64,000 nt of DNA from Candidatus Latescibacterota bacterium (GTDB taxonomy: Bacteria > Latescibacterota > UBA2968 > UBA8231), in the NCBI GenBank assembly GCA_965200315.1, contig OZ241362.1, positions 2,944,001 to 3,008,000 of the forward strand. Reading direction: 5' to 3'. How positions within the stretch are numbered: the stretch's first letter is position 1; every line of letters starts with the position of its first letter. The notes below the pieces were generated by a model that was not told the origin of the DNA, did no database searches, and worked only from the letters and a program-made list of their open reading frames with translations. Both the position numbers and the translations under genes were made by a program. Positions 19,594-34,924 of this stretch are shown here, one piece after another.

Positions 19594-20757
19594 ATGAAGT
19601 TAAAAGTAGATCGCAGTGAATTATGGCGGGGCATTGATACTGTATTAGAAGCTGTGTCTTCAAAACCCTCCCTACCGGTGTTGGCCAATATCCTGCTTGA
19701 GGCCGATGGGAAAATCCTATCCCTATCGGCGACGGATTTAGATTTGTCCATCCGGACTCAAGTCTCTGCTATAGTAGAGGAGAGTGGGAGGACGACTGTT
19801 TCGGCGCGCAAGCTGGCAGAAATCACCCGAGAATGGCCCGAGGCGGAAGTGAGTATTGAGGTGCAGGACGAGCGACTCAAGCTCTCAGGGCAGCTCGGGG
19901 ACGCCGAAAGCAGCGAAGGAGCGTATAGCCTGTCGGGCATAGAGGCTAACGAGTTTCCCCCTATGCCGACAGCTCTCGACGGCGTAAGCCTGAGTCTGGG
20001 AGAGGACGATGGCGAGACCAATGTTCTGGTAGATATGATCAACAAGACGGTCTTTGCCGTCTCCGGCGATGATACGCGGCCCGTGTTCAATGGGGTGCTC
20101 TGGCGCATCGATGCACAGGGAATGGAGATGGTGGCTACCGACGGGTCGCGCCTAGCTTGTTACAGATTAGCCATAGATTTGCAGGATCAGGTACAGGGCG
20201 ACCAAGAGACCGCGGTCATCGTCCCCCCCCAAGCGTTGAACCAGATCGTCAAATTTTTGGGCAGCCATAAAGGGCCAGTCAACGTCACGCTAGGCGAGAC
20301 GCAGATCCTGTTTGACATAGGACATACGCATTTGCTGTCGCGTCTGATCGAGGGACCGTATGTCAACTATGCCCAAGTCATTCCGCAAAATAACACAAAA
20401 GAGCTAAGAATAGCTAGCGAAGATCTGCTGCCGTCCGTCCGTCGGGTATCCATCCTCTCCAGTTCTTATACGCGCCAAGTGCGTTTTAAGCTGGACAGTG
20501 GTCAAGTTGAGCTGTCGGCCGCCAGTCCCGAAATCGGTGGCGAAGCGAGGGAAATCGTACCGGCCCAGTACGCCTCTGAAGAGCTAGAAGTTGGCTACAA
20601 TGCCCAATATCTGATGGATATCCTGCGCAGAATGGACGCGTCCGAAGTCTGTTTCCAGCTCAACGACCACGTCACCGCAGCCTTGTTGCGGCCGATGGAA
20701 CAAAAGGAAGGTGAGGATTACTTCTGCTTGCTAATGCCCTTGCGGCCGACAGGATGA
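19594..20757 (+). CDS. dnaN: DNA polymerase III beta clamp
   Basis: ATDLD, ATDGSRL, SRLIEGPY, LLMPLR. Confidence 0.97.
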   Translation: MKLKVDRSELWRGIDTVLEAVSSKPSLPVLANILLEADGKILSLSATDLDLSIRTQVSAIVEESGRTTVSARKLAEITREWPEAEVSIEVQDERLKLSGQLGDAESSEGAYSLSGIEANEFPPMPTALDGVSLSLGEDDGETNVLVDMINKTVFAVSGDDTRPVFNGVLWRIDAQGMEMVATDGSRLACYRLAIDLQDQVQGDQETAVIVPPQALNQIVKFLGSHKGPVNVTLGETQILFDIGHTHLLSRLIEGPYVNYAQVIPQNNTKELRIASEDLLPSVRRVSILSSSYTRQVRFKLDSGQVELSAASPEIGGEAREIVPAQYASEELEVGYNAQYLMDILRRMDASEVCFQLNDHVTAALLRPMEQKEGEDYFCLLMPLRPTG

Positions 20758-20771
20758 GGTAAGCGGGAATA

Positions 20772-21834
20772 GTGCGGATCTGTGAATTAACGCTGAGACC
20801 CTTCCGCAATTTTGCCGCGATTCACTTGGGCTTTGCCGCAGATCACGTGCTGATTTTTGGCCCAAATGGCCGCGGTAAAAGCAATATTCTAGAAGCGATT
20901 TCCTATTTATCTATCGGTAAGTCAGTGCGCGGGGCCAAGGATCAACACGTCGTGCCGCACGGCGAAGACTTCTTTGATATCCGAGCCTTGTGTAGTGATG
21001 GTCGCCACGACCAGCAAGTACGCGTCTTTTACAGTAAAAAGGAAGGTAAGAAGGCATTTGTCGATGCCACTTCCTTGCCTCGAGTCTCGGAACTGCTGGG
21101 TACCTTCCGCACCGTTCACTTCTCTCCTGAAGACGTATCGCTGGTGTTGCGCTTTCCGGCCCAGCGAAGGCGACTCCTCGACATACTTATCGTGCAGTCT
21201 AGCGCAGCGTACTTGCGATACATGCAGCGCTATTACCGCGTGTTAGCTCAGAGAAATCACTTGTTGCGTACCGCAAAAAAGTCGAAACACGGGCTTGTCG
21301 ATGGTCAAGTAATGGAACCTTGGAATGCCCAGCTAGTGGATTTGGGTGCCCAACTTCGACTATATCGCCTAGAGGCACTGAATAGGTTGAGAGTGCCCTT
21401 TCTCCGCTATTACGGCCGTTTCGCCTTAGCTGGTGAAGAGGCAGCTATTGTCTATCAAGGTACCAAGAAACAGGATTTGGAAGACCTTCGAGCCGAGTTA
21501 CGCGAGGCACTCAGTCGCCGCAGGGAACAGGAGACCCAAATAGGCTATACGCTGTGTGGGCCACACCGCGATGATTTGAAGTTCATATTGAACGGAGAAC
21601 CGGCCGATCTCTATGCCTCTGAGGGCCAATTAAGAGCCGTACTCATATCGTGGAAGCTGGCCGAGGCCCGTTACATGGAGGAGCAAACGGGCCGGCAGCC
21701 CGTACTTCTCTTAGACGATGCTTTTTCAGAGTTGGATTCAGGCCGGATAGGAGAACTATTGGACATAGTGGGTGAGTTTGAACAGGTCGTAGCGACGACT
21801 CCCCAAGAGCCTAATACAAGGCAGGCAGCCTGTT

Positions 21835-21860
<26 letters not shown>
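20772..21860 (+). CDS. recF: DNA replication/repair protein RecF
   Basis: GPNGRGKSN, GPHRDD, SEGQ, LLLDDAFSELD. Confidence 0.96.
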
Positions 21861-24155
<2,295 letters not shown>

Positions 24156-24179
24156 AACGACAAAGCTAGGATTTAATTA

Positions 24180-26725
<2,546 letters not shown>

Positions 26726-26729
<4 letters not shown>

Positions 26730-26753
26730 CTAAGATAGGGCCTCATGTATATT
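26726..26753 (+). promoter_or_regulatory. Promoter of the tRNA cluster
   Basis: TTGACT-N16-TATATT just upstream of the first tRNA. Confidence 0.55.
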
Positions 26754-26769
26754 TTTTCCTCGGGGAAAA

Positions 26770-26856
26770 GGAGGGTTAGACCTAATTGGTAAGGCAGCGG
26801 TCTTGAAAACCGCCGGGCTCACGCCCTTGAGGGTTCGAGTCCCTCACCCTCCGCCA
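26770..26856 (+). tRNA. tRNA-Ser(TGA)
   Basis: Acceptor GGAGGGT/ACCCTCC-GCCA; anticodon arm GCGGT-CT-TGA-AA-ACCGC; long variable arm. Confidence 0.95.
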
Positions 26857-26935
26857 TTTACCATATTTGATGCCGCCACAATCCCATCCCGTTTAGCGGT
26901 GGGAGCACGTCAAAAGTTTGTTTTGCAATGGTCGC

Positions 26936-27029
<94 letters not shown>

Positions 27030-27041
27030 ATTTTCGTTAGT

Positions 27042-27117
27042 TGCCCTCTAGCACAATTGGAAGTGCGCCTGACTCTGGATCAGGAGGTTCTAGGTTCGAG
27101 CCCTAGGGGGGCAGCCA
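27042..27117 (+). tRNA. tRNA-Gln(CTG)
   Basis: Acceptor TGCCCTC/GGGGGCA-GCCA; anticodon arm CCTGA-CT-CTG-GA-TCAGG. Confidence 0.95.
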
Positions 27118-27122
27118 ATCTC

Positions 27123-27160
27123 GGCTCCTGAAGGGAACGCTTCAGGAGCCTTCTTCTTTT
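27123..27160 (+). terminator. Intrinsic terminator after the tRNA cluster
   Basis: GGCTCCTGAAG-ggaacg-CTTCAGGAGCC-TTCTTCTTTT. Confidence 0.85.
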
Positions 27161-27238
27161 GGTCTAATCCTGCCGAGAATCGGGACGAGGCCACATTCTC
27201 CCCGCATTAAGATTCTCCCTCAGCATTATCTCACGCCG

Positions 27239-28405
27239 ATGAGTGCCCGAAGCAGAGAACAACAGCTTGCCTGGGGCCTCCTCGCGCCGGCACTCGTCGT
27301 GCTGGGCGCGTTTGGAATCTTCCCTATTGGCTATGCCTTGTACGTCAGCTTGCACAAGTGGCGGATCAAGAAGGAAGCGGTGGTTGGACTCGACCACTAT
27401 GTCCGCGCCTTGGGAGACCCGCAGTACCTGCTGCCCTTCGTCGCCGGGATCGTTCTCGTATGGGCGGCCTATCGCCTGCGTGCCACGTTAGCATCGCCAA
27501 TACTGGCGACGGGAGGCTCCAAGCGCGGTCTTCGTCCTCGTTATGTCCGCATCGCATGGGGCGCGGTCGTGCTGCTGGGACTTTGGGTGGGATTGGCTCA
27601 GGGCTTGGGCGGCCTAGTTGAGACGGGCGATTCAGCACTGTACAACGGCTTCAAGGTCACGTTTTTCTACGCAGTCGGGACGATCCCGTTCCAATTGAGC
27701 TTGGCGACCGGACTGGCGTATTTGCTCTTCAAGATCACGCGGGCTAGAGGCGCGTTTCGTACGCTGTTTTTCCTGCCTTATATCACGCCGATCATCGCCT
27801 CAGCCGTGGTTTTTCGCACCATCTTTAGCCCTCACCCTTCCTCGCTGGCCAATCGCTTCTGGAGCTTTTGGGGGCTGGAGAATCAGCGCTGGCTCTACGA
27901 AAGCAAGTCCGTCGTAGCTTTGTTACTACAGGGTGCCGGTTTTGCTTCGTACCCCGCATGGGTGGACAGCATCTTCCCGAGCTTAGCCCTGACCTCGATT
28001 ATCCTCTACAACATTTGGGTCTATGTCGGGTACGACACGGTGATTTTACTGGCCGGCCTCAGTGCGATCCCCAAGCAATACTACGAGGCCGCGGAGATGG
28101 ACGGTGCTGGCGAGTGGCAAGTCTTCCGCCACATTACCCTGCCCTTGGTCTCACCAACCCTGTTCTTTTTGTCTATGGTGGCCGTCATTGGGACCTTCAA
28201 AGCCTTTAATCATGTTTATATCCTGCGGACGCCGGGGGCCCGCGACTCGGTCGATGTGCTCAGTATTGCCATTTTCGACCAAGTTTTTGAGTACCACAAC
28301 GCCGGCTATGCCTCGGCGATGGCCTTTGTGCTCTTCGTCGCAATTTTGGCGTTGACGCTGCTACAAAACCGGGTGCTCGGCAGGCGGGTGTTTTATGGCG
28401 ACTAG
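27239..28405 (+). CDS. Carbohydrate ABC transporter permease (CUT1)
   Basis: EAA loop YYEAAEMDGA...FRHITLP. Confidence 0.92.
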   Translation: MSARSREQQLAWGLLAPALVVLGAFGIFPIGYALYVSLHKWRIKKEAVVGLDHYVRALGDPQYLLPFVAGIVLVWAAYRLRATLASPILATGGSKRGLRPRYVRIAWGAVVLLGLWVGLAQGLGGLVETGDSALYNGFKVTFFYAVGTIPFQLSLATGLAYLLFKITRARGAFRTLFFLPYITPIIASAVVFRTIFSPHPSSLANRFWSFWGLENQRWLYESKSVVALLLQGAGFASYPAWVDSIFPSLALTSIILYNIWVYVGYDTVILLAGLSAIPKQYYEAAEMDGAGEWQVFRHITLPLVSPTLFFLSMVAVIGTFKAFNHVYILRTPGARDSVDVLSIAIFDQVFEYHNAGYASAMAFVLFVAILALTLLQNRVLGRRVFYGD

Positions 28406-29231
28406 GGGCGGCAAAGATAGGCTGATTTACGGCGGCTTGAGCTTGGGGGGGCTGGCTGCTGGCTTTCCGTTCGCGTGGATGCTTTTGGCTTCTTTTATGA
28501 GCCGCGGCGAATCGCTGCGGCGGGCCTTGCTGCCCGAGCGCGTACAATGGGACAATTATATCGAAGCATGGCAAGAGGCGGATTTCGGTCTGTATTTTGA
28601 GAATTCGCTGATCATCGCCGTCCTCCAGGTCAGCGGGACCCTGCTTTTCTCAGTGATGGCGGCTTATCCGCTAGCGAGGATGCAGTTTCGCGGACGCGAC
28701 GTGGTGTTTACCGGCGTATTGGCTACGCTGATGATCCCCGAGGCCGTGACCATCGTGCCGAATTTTCTCGTCGTGACTTGGTTGCACGGCAATACGCCGT
28801 TTGCTTGGCTCAATAGCTGGCCGGCCCTGACCATTCCCTTTATGGCCAGTGCTTTTAGCATCTTTCTCTTGCGCCAGTTTATGCGGGGCCTGCCCAACGA
28901 ACTGTGGGATGCGGCCCGGATTGAGGGAGCCGGCCACGTGCGCTTTTTGTTTCAGATCGCGGTCCCCTTGTGCCGAGCACCCCTTTTGACGGTTGGTATG
29001 TTTACGTTTATTGGTTCATGGAACGCCTTGGCTTGGCCGCTACTGGTGACCAATACGCCGGATTGGCGTCCGATTGCCGTGGGTTTGCAGCAGTTTGCCA
29101 GTGAGGCCGGGACCGAAGTCCACCTGCAAATGGCCGGAGCGGTCATTGCAACGGCTCCCGTACTTTTGGCGTATTTTCTCATCCAGCGAGAATTCACCGA
29201 AGGCATTTCCATTTCTGGACTCAAAGGATAA
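28395..29231 (+). CDS. Carbohydrate ABC transporter permease (CUT1)
   Basis: ELWDAARIEGA, FIGSWN. Confidence 0.92.
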   Translation: MATRGGKDRLIYGGLSLGGLAAGFPFAWMLLASFMSRGESLRRALLPERVQWDNYIEAWQEADFGLYFENSLIIAVLQVSGTLLFSVMAAYPLARMQFRGRDVVFTGVLATLMIPEAVTIVPNFLVVTWLHGNTPFAWLNSWPALTIPFMASAFSIFLLRQFMRGLPNELWDAARIEGAGHVRFLFQIAVPLCRAPLLTVGMFTFIGSWNALAWPLLVTNTPDWRPIAVGLQQFASEAGTEVHLQMAGAVIATAPVLLAYFLIQREFTEGISISGLKG

Positions 29232-29235
29232 CGCC

Positions 29236-30558
29236 ATGAAACCAAGAAGTGCGATGACGTTGGTTTGGTGTGCCTTTTTGTGGGCTTGTAGCGGCCAACA
29301 GGAGGCCGTACACGAGCAGCAGACCAATCTTGAAGCCCTCGATCCGCAGGGCCAAAAGATCGTCTTTTGGTACCAACACACCGGCCAGCGCGAAGATGCC
29401 ATGCAAGAGCTGATTGCCGACTTTAACCAGACCAATCGCTATGGAATTGAGGTGCGCGGCGAGTATATGGGGCGCTACGGGGACATCTACAACAAGATGA
29501 ACGTGGGTATCCAGAGCGGTTCGCTGGCCGCCAGCTTGGTAGTAGCCTACCAAAATCAAGCCCTCGCCTACTACCAGGCCGACGGCATAGTGGATATAGC
29601 ACCCTATATGGATTCGCCCCAATGGGGCTTGTCGCCAGAGGAGCGGAGCGACTACGTCCAAGCGTTTCTGGCGCAGGACAATATCGGCGGAGTGCAGGTT
29701 GGTTTCCCACCGAATCGCTCGATGGAGCTGCTCTACTACAATGCTGATTGGTTGCACGAGCTGGGCTACGACAGCCCGCCGGCGACGTGGGACGATTTTG
29801 CCGCGATGTGCCGCCAGGCCAAAGAGCAACCCTTTAGCAAAAATGAAAACCCCGCCGGCAGTTTGGGTTTTTTGCTTGATTTTGACGCCAGCCGATTTGC
29901 CGCGATGGTCTTTAGCCGCGGCGGAGACCTAGTAGATGCAACCGGCACTGCCTATGCGCTAGACTCGCCCGAAGTTAAAGCGGTCCTAGCACTGTTGCAG
30001 GAACTAGCGCGGGACGACGCGCTGGACATCGCAGGAGAACAGGATGTCGAGGTAAACGAGTTCGTCACCGGTCAGATCCTCTTCTCGCAGGATTCTTCCT
30101 CTGGTTTGCCCTTTTACAAGAGTGGCATTGAAGACTCTGGGCTGGCCTTTGAGTGGGGAGTAACCCATCCGCCGCAGACGGGATCGCGGCCGGTTGTTGA
30201 CGTGTACGGGGCCAGCGTATCGATCTGCGCTGGTAAGCCCGCAAAACAGCTAGCGGCGTGGCTTTTCCTCAAGTGGTTTACGGCCCCAGAGCAACAAGCG
30301 CGGTGGGTGCGGGCGAGCAACTACTTTCCGGTGCGCAAAAGTACGGCGCGGGAGTTGGAAAGCTATTTTGAGGAAAACCCGCACTATGGAGTGGCGTTTG
30401 GCATGTTGGACTACGGGAAGTCAGAGCCGACGATGGCAGGGTATGAACGGGTACGGCGATTGATTCAAGAGGCGATGATAGAGGTGATTGAAGGCGAGGA
30501 CGTCGAACAAGTGGTGGAAGAATTGCAACGTGCAGCAAATCAGACACTTGAGCCGTAG
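29236..30558 (+). CDS. ABC transporter substrate-binding lipoprotein (UgpB-like)
   Basis: Lipobox LWAC, LLYYNAD, AAWLFLKWF; start ATG 29236. Confidence 0.88.
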   Translation: MKPRSAMTLVWCAFLWACSGQQEAVHEQQTNLEALDPQGQKIVFWYQHTGQREDAMQELIADFNQTNRYGIEVRGEYMGRYGDIYNKMNVGIQSGSLAASLVVAYQNQALAYYQADGIVDIAPYMDSPQWGLSPEERSDYVQAFLAQDNIGGVQVGFPPNRSMELLYYNADWLHELGYDSPPATWDDFAAMCRQAKEQPFSKNENPAGSLGFLLDFDASRFAAMVFSRGGDLVDATGTAYALDSPEVKAVLALLQELARDDALDIAGEQDVEVNEFVTGQILFSQDSSSGLPFYKSGIEDSGLAFEWGVTHPPQTGSRPVVDVYGASVSICAGKPAKQLAAWLFLKWFTAPEQQARWVRASNYFPVRKSTARELESYFEENPHYGVAFGMLDYGKSEPTMAGYERVRRLIQEAMIEVIEGEDVEQVVEELQRAANQTLEP

Positions 30559-30582
30559 GCGAAAAAGGAGAGCAAGTGCAAA

Positions 30583-31941
30583 ATGGCTGGAGACAATAGA
30601 CAACCAAACGTCATAGTCTTTTTTACGGATCAACAGCGCTGGGACACAACGGGGCTACACGGTAATCCGATGGGCCTTACGCCGCATCTCGATCGCTTAG
30701 CCCGCGAGTACACCCACGCGGCCCATTCCTTTACGTGCCAACCCGTCTGCGGCCCGGCGCGCTCCTGTCTGCAAACGGGTCTCTACGCCACGACCACAGG
30801 CTGTTACCGCAACGGCATTCCCCTGCCTGCCGACAGCCAAACCCTCGCCCACTACTTTGCTGAGGCAGGCTACGACACGGGATATATCGGCAAGTGGCAT
30901 CTCCACGAGCGAGGGACCACCGGTCCAGTGCCAGCCGCGGACCGCTTTGGCTATCAGTACTGGTTGGCGTCGAATGTTCTCGAGTTTACTTCCGACGCCT
31001 ACAGCACGGTCCTCTACGACAATGACGACCAACCTGTCCGCCTACCTGGTTATCGAGTGGATGCGGTCACGGATGCCGCAATTCGCTACGTGGATGCGCA
31101 TCAAGATCGTCCCTTTTTTCTTTTTATCTCCTATATTGAACCTCATCACCAGAACCACTTGGACGACTATCCACCCCCCGACGGCTACCGGGAAGTCTAT
31201 ACCGGAGGCTGGATCCCGCCCGATCTAGCGGCACTGGCCGGCTCGGTTCACCAGCACTTAGGCGGCTATTACGGGATGGTCAAGCGGCTCGACGAAGCCT
31301 ATGGCCGCCTGCACGATGCGCTCAAAAGCTTGGATCTAGCCGACGACACCATCGCGCTCTTTACCTCGGATCATGGCTGTCATTTCAAGACGCGCAACAA
31401 CGAGTACAAACGCTCTTGTCACGAAAGTTCGATCCGCGTACCGACGGTCTTGACTGGCCCTGGTTTTCGCGGCGGCCAATTGCAAGAATTGGTTAGCTTA
31501 ATCGACCTGCCGCCAACTCTTTTGGATGCGGCCGGTCTGGAAGTCCCCGAGCAGATGCAGGGCCACTCGCTCATGCCGCTTTTGCGCGGTGAAGAAGCCG
31601 ATTGGCCCGCAGAGGTCTTCGTGCAGATCAGCGAAGCCCAAGTGGGGCGGGCCGTTCGCACTCATCGGTGGAAGTACGGGGTGGATGCTCCGGACGGGCA
31701 AGGAAGAGACGTGGCAGGAGCCGATCACTACGAAGAGCAATATCTCTACGATCTCCAAGCAGACCCCTACGAACTGAACAATCTAGTCGGTCTCGAGTCG
31801 CACCGGGAGGTGGCCGAGGTAATGCGGGAACGGCTCTTGAGACGCATGGAAGAAGCCGGAGAGGCTCGCCCTCACATCAAAGAGGCCGAGCAGCGCCGCT
31901 CTGGCCAGCGGAAGGTCAGCCCAGCGGAAGCGTATTCTTAG
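30583..31941 (+). CDS. Formylglycine-dependent sulfatase
   Basis: PNVIVFFTDQ, CGPAR (CxPxR), GKWH, SDHG. Confidence 0.93.
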   Translation: MAGDNRQPNVIVFFTDQQRWDTTGLHGNPMGLTPHLDRLAREYTHAAHSFTCQPVCGPARSCLQTGLYATTTGCYRNGIPLPADSQTLAHYFAEAGYDTGYIGKWHLHERGTTGPVPAADRFGYQYWLASNVLEFTSDAYSTVLYDNDDQPVRLPGYRVDAVTDAAIRYVDAHQDRPFFLFISYIEPHHQNHLDDYPPPDGYREVYTGGWIPPDLAALAGSVHQHLGGYYGMVKRLDEAYGRLHDALKSLDLADDTIALFTSDHGCHFKTRNNEYKRSCHESSIRVPTVLTGPGFRGGQLQELVSLIDLPPTLLDAAGLEVPEQMQGHSLMPLLRGEEADWPAEVFVQISEAQVGRAVRTHRWKYGVDAPDGQGRDVAGADHYEEQYLYDLQADPYELNNLVGLESHREVAEVMRERLLRRMEEAGEARPHIKEAEQRRSGQRKVSPAEAYS

Positions 31942-33037
31942 TAGAGTCCAGCTTTTCGTGCAGCGTTTGAAGTTCAAATAGCCGCTTGACGACCAAAGAG
32001 ATAGACCGGGCGAACTCGTGCAAGATGGTCGGTAGCTGTTTGGTGGGCCTCGGTCCGTCCATAGGTAGCCCTAGCCCCAACATCCCTTGTGCAAAGGGCA
32101 CATCGATCAGCAGTCCGGGGCGATATAGCGAGTCCGAGAAAATTTCTTGGGTCATCTGGCGAAAATCCTCGTCGGCCTCGCGCTCCCAGACCTTGTGGCC
32201 GTGGCGATGGCGATAGCAGTGCCAATGGCTCACCAACCCCTCTAGGGAGGCGAAGCGACCGAGCGATTCGTGGAGATTTACGACGTTCTGTAAGGGGCGG
32301 TAACCACGCGCTACGGAATAGGCGCGATAGCAAGCCAAGAGGTTTCTCTGTTCGTCAATGACCTGTAGGTCAACCGCCTCGAATTGGACGCCCATCGCCT
32401 CTAGCTCGGCACCTAGAATGCACACGACCGTGCTTAGATCGCGCATCTTGTCGGCGTCGCAACCAGCCTGCAAGACGCGGAAGGCCCCTTGCTGACAGCA
32501 GTGAGCGGTAATGTCTCGCATAATGGCTAAGCGCTCTTTTTCGCTGATATTGACGTTGGTGATCTCGACGGGAAGAAAGCTGCCGTCATTGCGCACCATG
32601 AGTGCATCATAGGCATTGGACGAGCCGCTGGCGACCATGTGTCGGGCTGTGGGACGAGACTGGGGAGCGAACAATAGTTCAATGCCATCCTTGGCTAGCA
32701 ATTCTTCCCCGCGATAACCCAATAGGTCGGCCAAGGTCTGGCTGATGAAGCACAAGTGTCCGTTTTCGTGGATGACAAAGGCGTTGAGGGTCTCGGCGAT
32801 TTGATGCAAACGATCTTTGTGGACTCGGGCCAAGCGTGCCTTATCGTCCATTAGAGAGTCTGCCGAAACGCCGAGGGCGTCAGCCAAATTTTTTAGAGCC
32901 GACGAGCCTGGCTGGCGCACTCGGCCGGTTTCAATGCGGGAGATGGTGGCTTGGGAGACACCGGAGCGATCTGAGAGGTCTTTCTGGTTAAGCGATTTTT
33001 TCTGTCGCAGCTCTTTCAGGTTTCGTCCTAAGGACAT
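31916..33037 (-). CDS. XRE-HTH + PAS domain transcriptional regulator
   Basis: N-terminal HTH_3 (GVSQATISRIETG); PAS signature LLGYRGEEL...RNDGSFLPVEI. Confidence 0.8.
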   Translation of the reverse strand: MSLGRNLKELRQKKSLNQKDLSDRSGVSQATISRIETGRVRQPGSSALKNLADALGVSADSLMDDKARLARVHKDRLHQIAETLNAFVIHENGHLCFISQTLADLLGYRGEELLAKDGIELLFAPQSRPTARHMVASGSSNAYDALMVRNDGSFLPVEITNVNISEKERLAIMRDITAHCCQQGAFRVLQAGCDADKMRDLSTVVCILGAELEAMGVQFEAVDLQVIDEQRNLLACYRAYSVARGYRPLQNVVNLHESLGRFASLEGLVSHWHCYRHRHGHKVWEREADEDFRQMTQEIFSDSLYRPGLLIDVPFAQGMLGLGLPMDGPRPTKQLPTILHEFARSISLVVKRLFELQTLHEKLDSTKNTLPLG

Positions 33038-33158
33038 GGGCTGTTCCTATGAATGAGCTCTAAAATACAAGGTGTTTGATATGTAAATAATACTACACGG
33101 AGCGGATGATTACCAAAACGGAAGGCGATAAAAACAAAATGTACACAAGGGTTTACGC

Positions 33159-34211
33159 ATGAAAATAACCGAAGTGCAATCAGTTTATCCCCGCTATCGC
33201 GTCGCGCCCGCGGCTTGGCGGCGGCACTTCTGGCAGATGGTCGTGCGCATCGATATGGATGTCGGCGTCAGCGGCTGGGGAGCAGGTGGCGGCGGGATTG
33301 CCGCCGTAGAGGTGATCAACCGCCACCTGCGCGAGTTGCTGGTGGGGTGCAGCATCGACAGCATTGAAGATATCGCCCGGCTCTGGGACGACCAGTACAA
33401 GGCCAGCCTGCCCTACGGCCGCAGTGGGGTCGCCGTCATGGCCATCAGCGGCGTGGATTTGGCACTGTGGGATGTCTTGGGCCGGGCAGAAGGGAAATCT
33501 GTCTGCGAGTTGCTGGGCGGTCGGCAGCGGGACGAGGTGCGGGCCTACGCCACAGGCCCAGATTGCGCTTGGTATCGCGACTTGGGCTTTAGTGCTCATA
33601 AGTCTTCACAGACGCGGCGAGGAAGCCAAGCCGCAGATGCGGTGCGCATACTTGAGTGGGCCCAAGAGGTGCGCCAGACCTTAGGCGAAGACGCGCTCTT
33701 GATGATCGACGCGTACATGTCGTGGTCGCCCGACTTTGCCGTGGCCCTAGCGCAGCAACTCGCGCCATTCAACATATACTGGTTTGAAGACGTGCTGTTG
33801 CCCGACGACCTAGCCGGCTTGGCGGCGTTGCGGCCGCAGATCCACCCTGTTTTGCTGGCTGGCGGCGAACACGAATTCACTGCGCGGGATTTCGGTCATA
33901 TCGCTAGGATGCGGGCACTGGACTTGTGGCAACCGGACGTCACTTGGTGCGGTGGTTTGACGGCGGCGCTGCGCATTGCCAAGCTGGCCCAAGCCCACGG
34001 CATCCCCGTGGTGCTTCACCGCGGCGGCGAGATTTGGGGGCTGCACTTTTTGGCGGCTGGCTACGGCGACAATTTGGCCGAAATGGTCATGGGCCGGCGC
34101 AATGCGCAGCGCGACAAGCTGTGGTTGGGTGAGCCGCAACCGCAGGAAGGTCACTTAGTGCTGCCCGAAGGCCCGGGATTTGGCGTAGAGGTGAACGAGG
34201 AACTGCTATAG
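33159..34211 (+). CDS. Mandelate racemase/enolase superfamily sugar-acid dehydratase (L-rhamnonate dehydratase-like)
   Basis: AISGVDLALWD, MIDAY, WFED, GGEHE, QPDVTWCGG. Confidence 0.88.
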   Translation: MKITEVQSVYPRYRVAPAAWRRHFWQMVVRIDMDVGVSGWGAGGGGIAAVEVINRHLRELLVGCSIDSIEDIARLWDDQYKASLPYGRSGVAVMAISGVDLALWDVLGRAEGKSVCELLGGRQRDEVRAYATGPDCAWYRDLGFSAHKSSQTRRGSQAADAVRILEWAQEVRQTLGEDALLMIDAYMSWSPDFAVALAQQLAPFNIYWFEDVLLPDDLAGLAALRPQIHPVLLAGGEHEFTARDFGHIARMRALDLWQPDVTWCGGLTAALRIAKLAQAHGIPVVLHRGGEIWGLHFLAAGYGDNLAEMVMGRRNAQRDKLWLGEPQPQEGHLVLPEGPGFGVEVNEELL

Positions 34212-34247
34212 GTTTCTCTTAGAAGTCGTCTGAAACCTGTGGCAACG

Positions 34248-34278
34248 TATCCGCAAATGAACGCAGATGAACGCAGAG
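34248..34278 (+). repeat. TATCCGCAGATG-type intergenic repeat, copy 1
   Basis: TATCCGCAAATGAACGCAGATGAACGCAGAG; relatives at 58272 and 59145. Confidence 0.65.
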
Positions 34279-34322
34279 GCAGGATAACGGATACCTAGAG
34301 GCCCTCTCGATTTTATGAATCC

Positions 34323-34910
34323 CTACTCTTTAACCGCCAGTGATAATAGGTAGGTCCCCCGCTGTTTGATCTTTTTGTAGTTGCCGAATACTTCCCTGAA
34401 ATTGCGCTTGATGTACTCCTTTAGCCCAGCAATGGTGACGACCCACAGGTGCCCGCCCGGCTTGAGGCGGGCGCAGGCGTCGTGCATGATGATTGTCAGG
34501 AGTTCGTTGCCTGTTTTCGCGGGCAAGTTGGAGGCAATAGTGTCAAAGCGCACGTGGGCGGGCACGTGGCTGAAGGCATTGCTCAAATAGGCGCGACAAT
34601 TGGTCAGCCCGTTGCGTTCGGCGTTTTGCTCCGCGTACTCGACGGCGACGAAGTCCTTGTCGATCAGATGGACCTCGCCCTCGGGGCAGAGATCGCCCAA
34701 CGCCAAGCCGATTGGACCATATCCGCACCCTAAGTCGAGGCAGCAATCGGCATGTCCGGGTTTGATGTGGTTGATGAGAAGCCGCGTACCCGGGTCAATG
34801 CGCTTGGGGCTGAAAAGGCCCCAAGTGGAGTGAAGGGTAAAAACGCGCCCTCTGAGGGTCTCTTGAAATACGATGTCTTCGCCCGAGCGGTATGTGTCTC
34901 TGGCAGGCAT
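34323..34910 (-). CDS. Class I SAM methyltransferase (RsmC/MTS-like)
   Basis: GLFSPKRIDPGT, LDLGCGYGPIG, SNLP. Confidence 0.88.
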   Translation of the reverse strand: MPARDTYRSGEDIVFQETLRGRVFTLHSTWGLFSPKRIDPGTRLLINHIKPGHADCCLDLGCGYGPIGLALGDLCPEGEVHLIDKDFVAVEYAEQNAERNGLTNCRAYLSNAFSHVPAHVRFDTIASNLPAKTGNELLTIIMHDACARLKPGGHLWVVTIAGLKEYIKRNFREVFGNYKKIKQRGTYLLSLAVKE

Positions 34911-34924
34911 TGAAAGCGGCTAGA

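Noticed and set aside
26770-26856. tRNA-Sec or suppressor tRNA
   Set aside because: Anticodon is TGA (reads UCA, Ser), not TCA; normal 7-bp acceptor stem
27042-27240. Integrative element at the tRNA cluster
   Set aside because: No integrase and no duplicated tRNA 3' end noticed in the window
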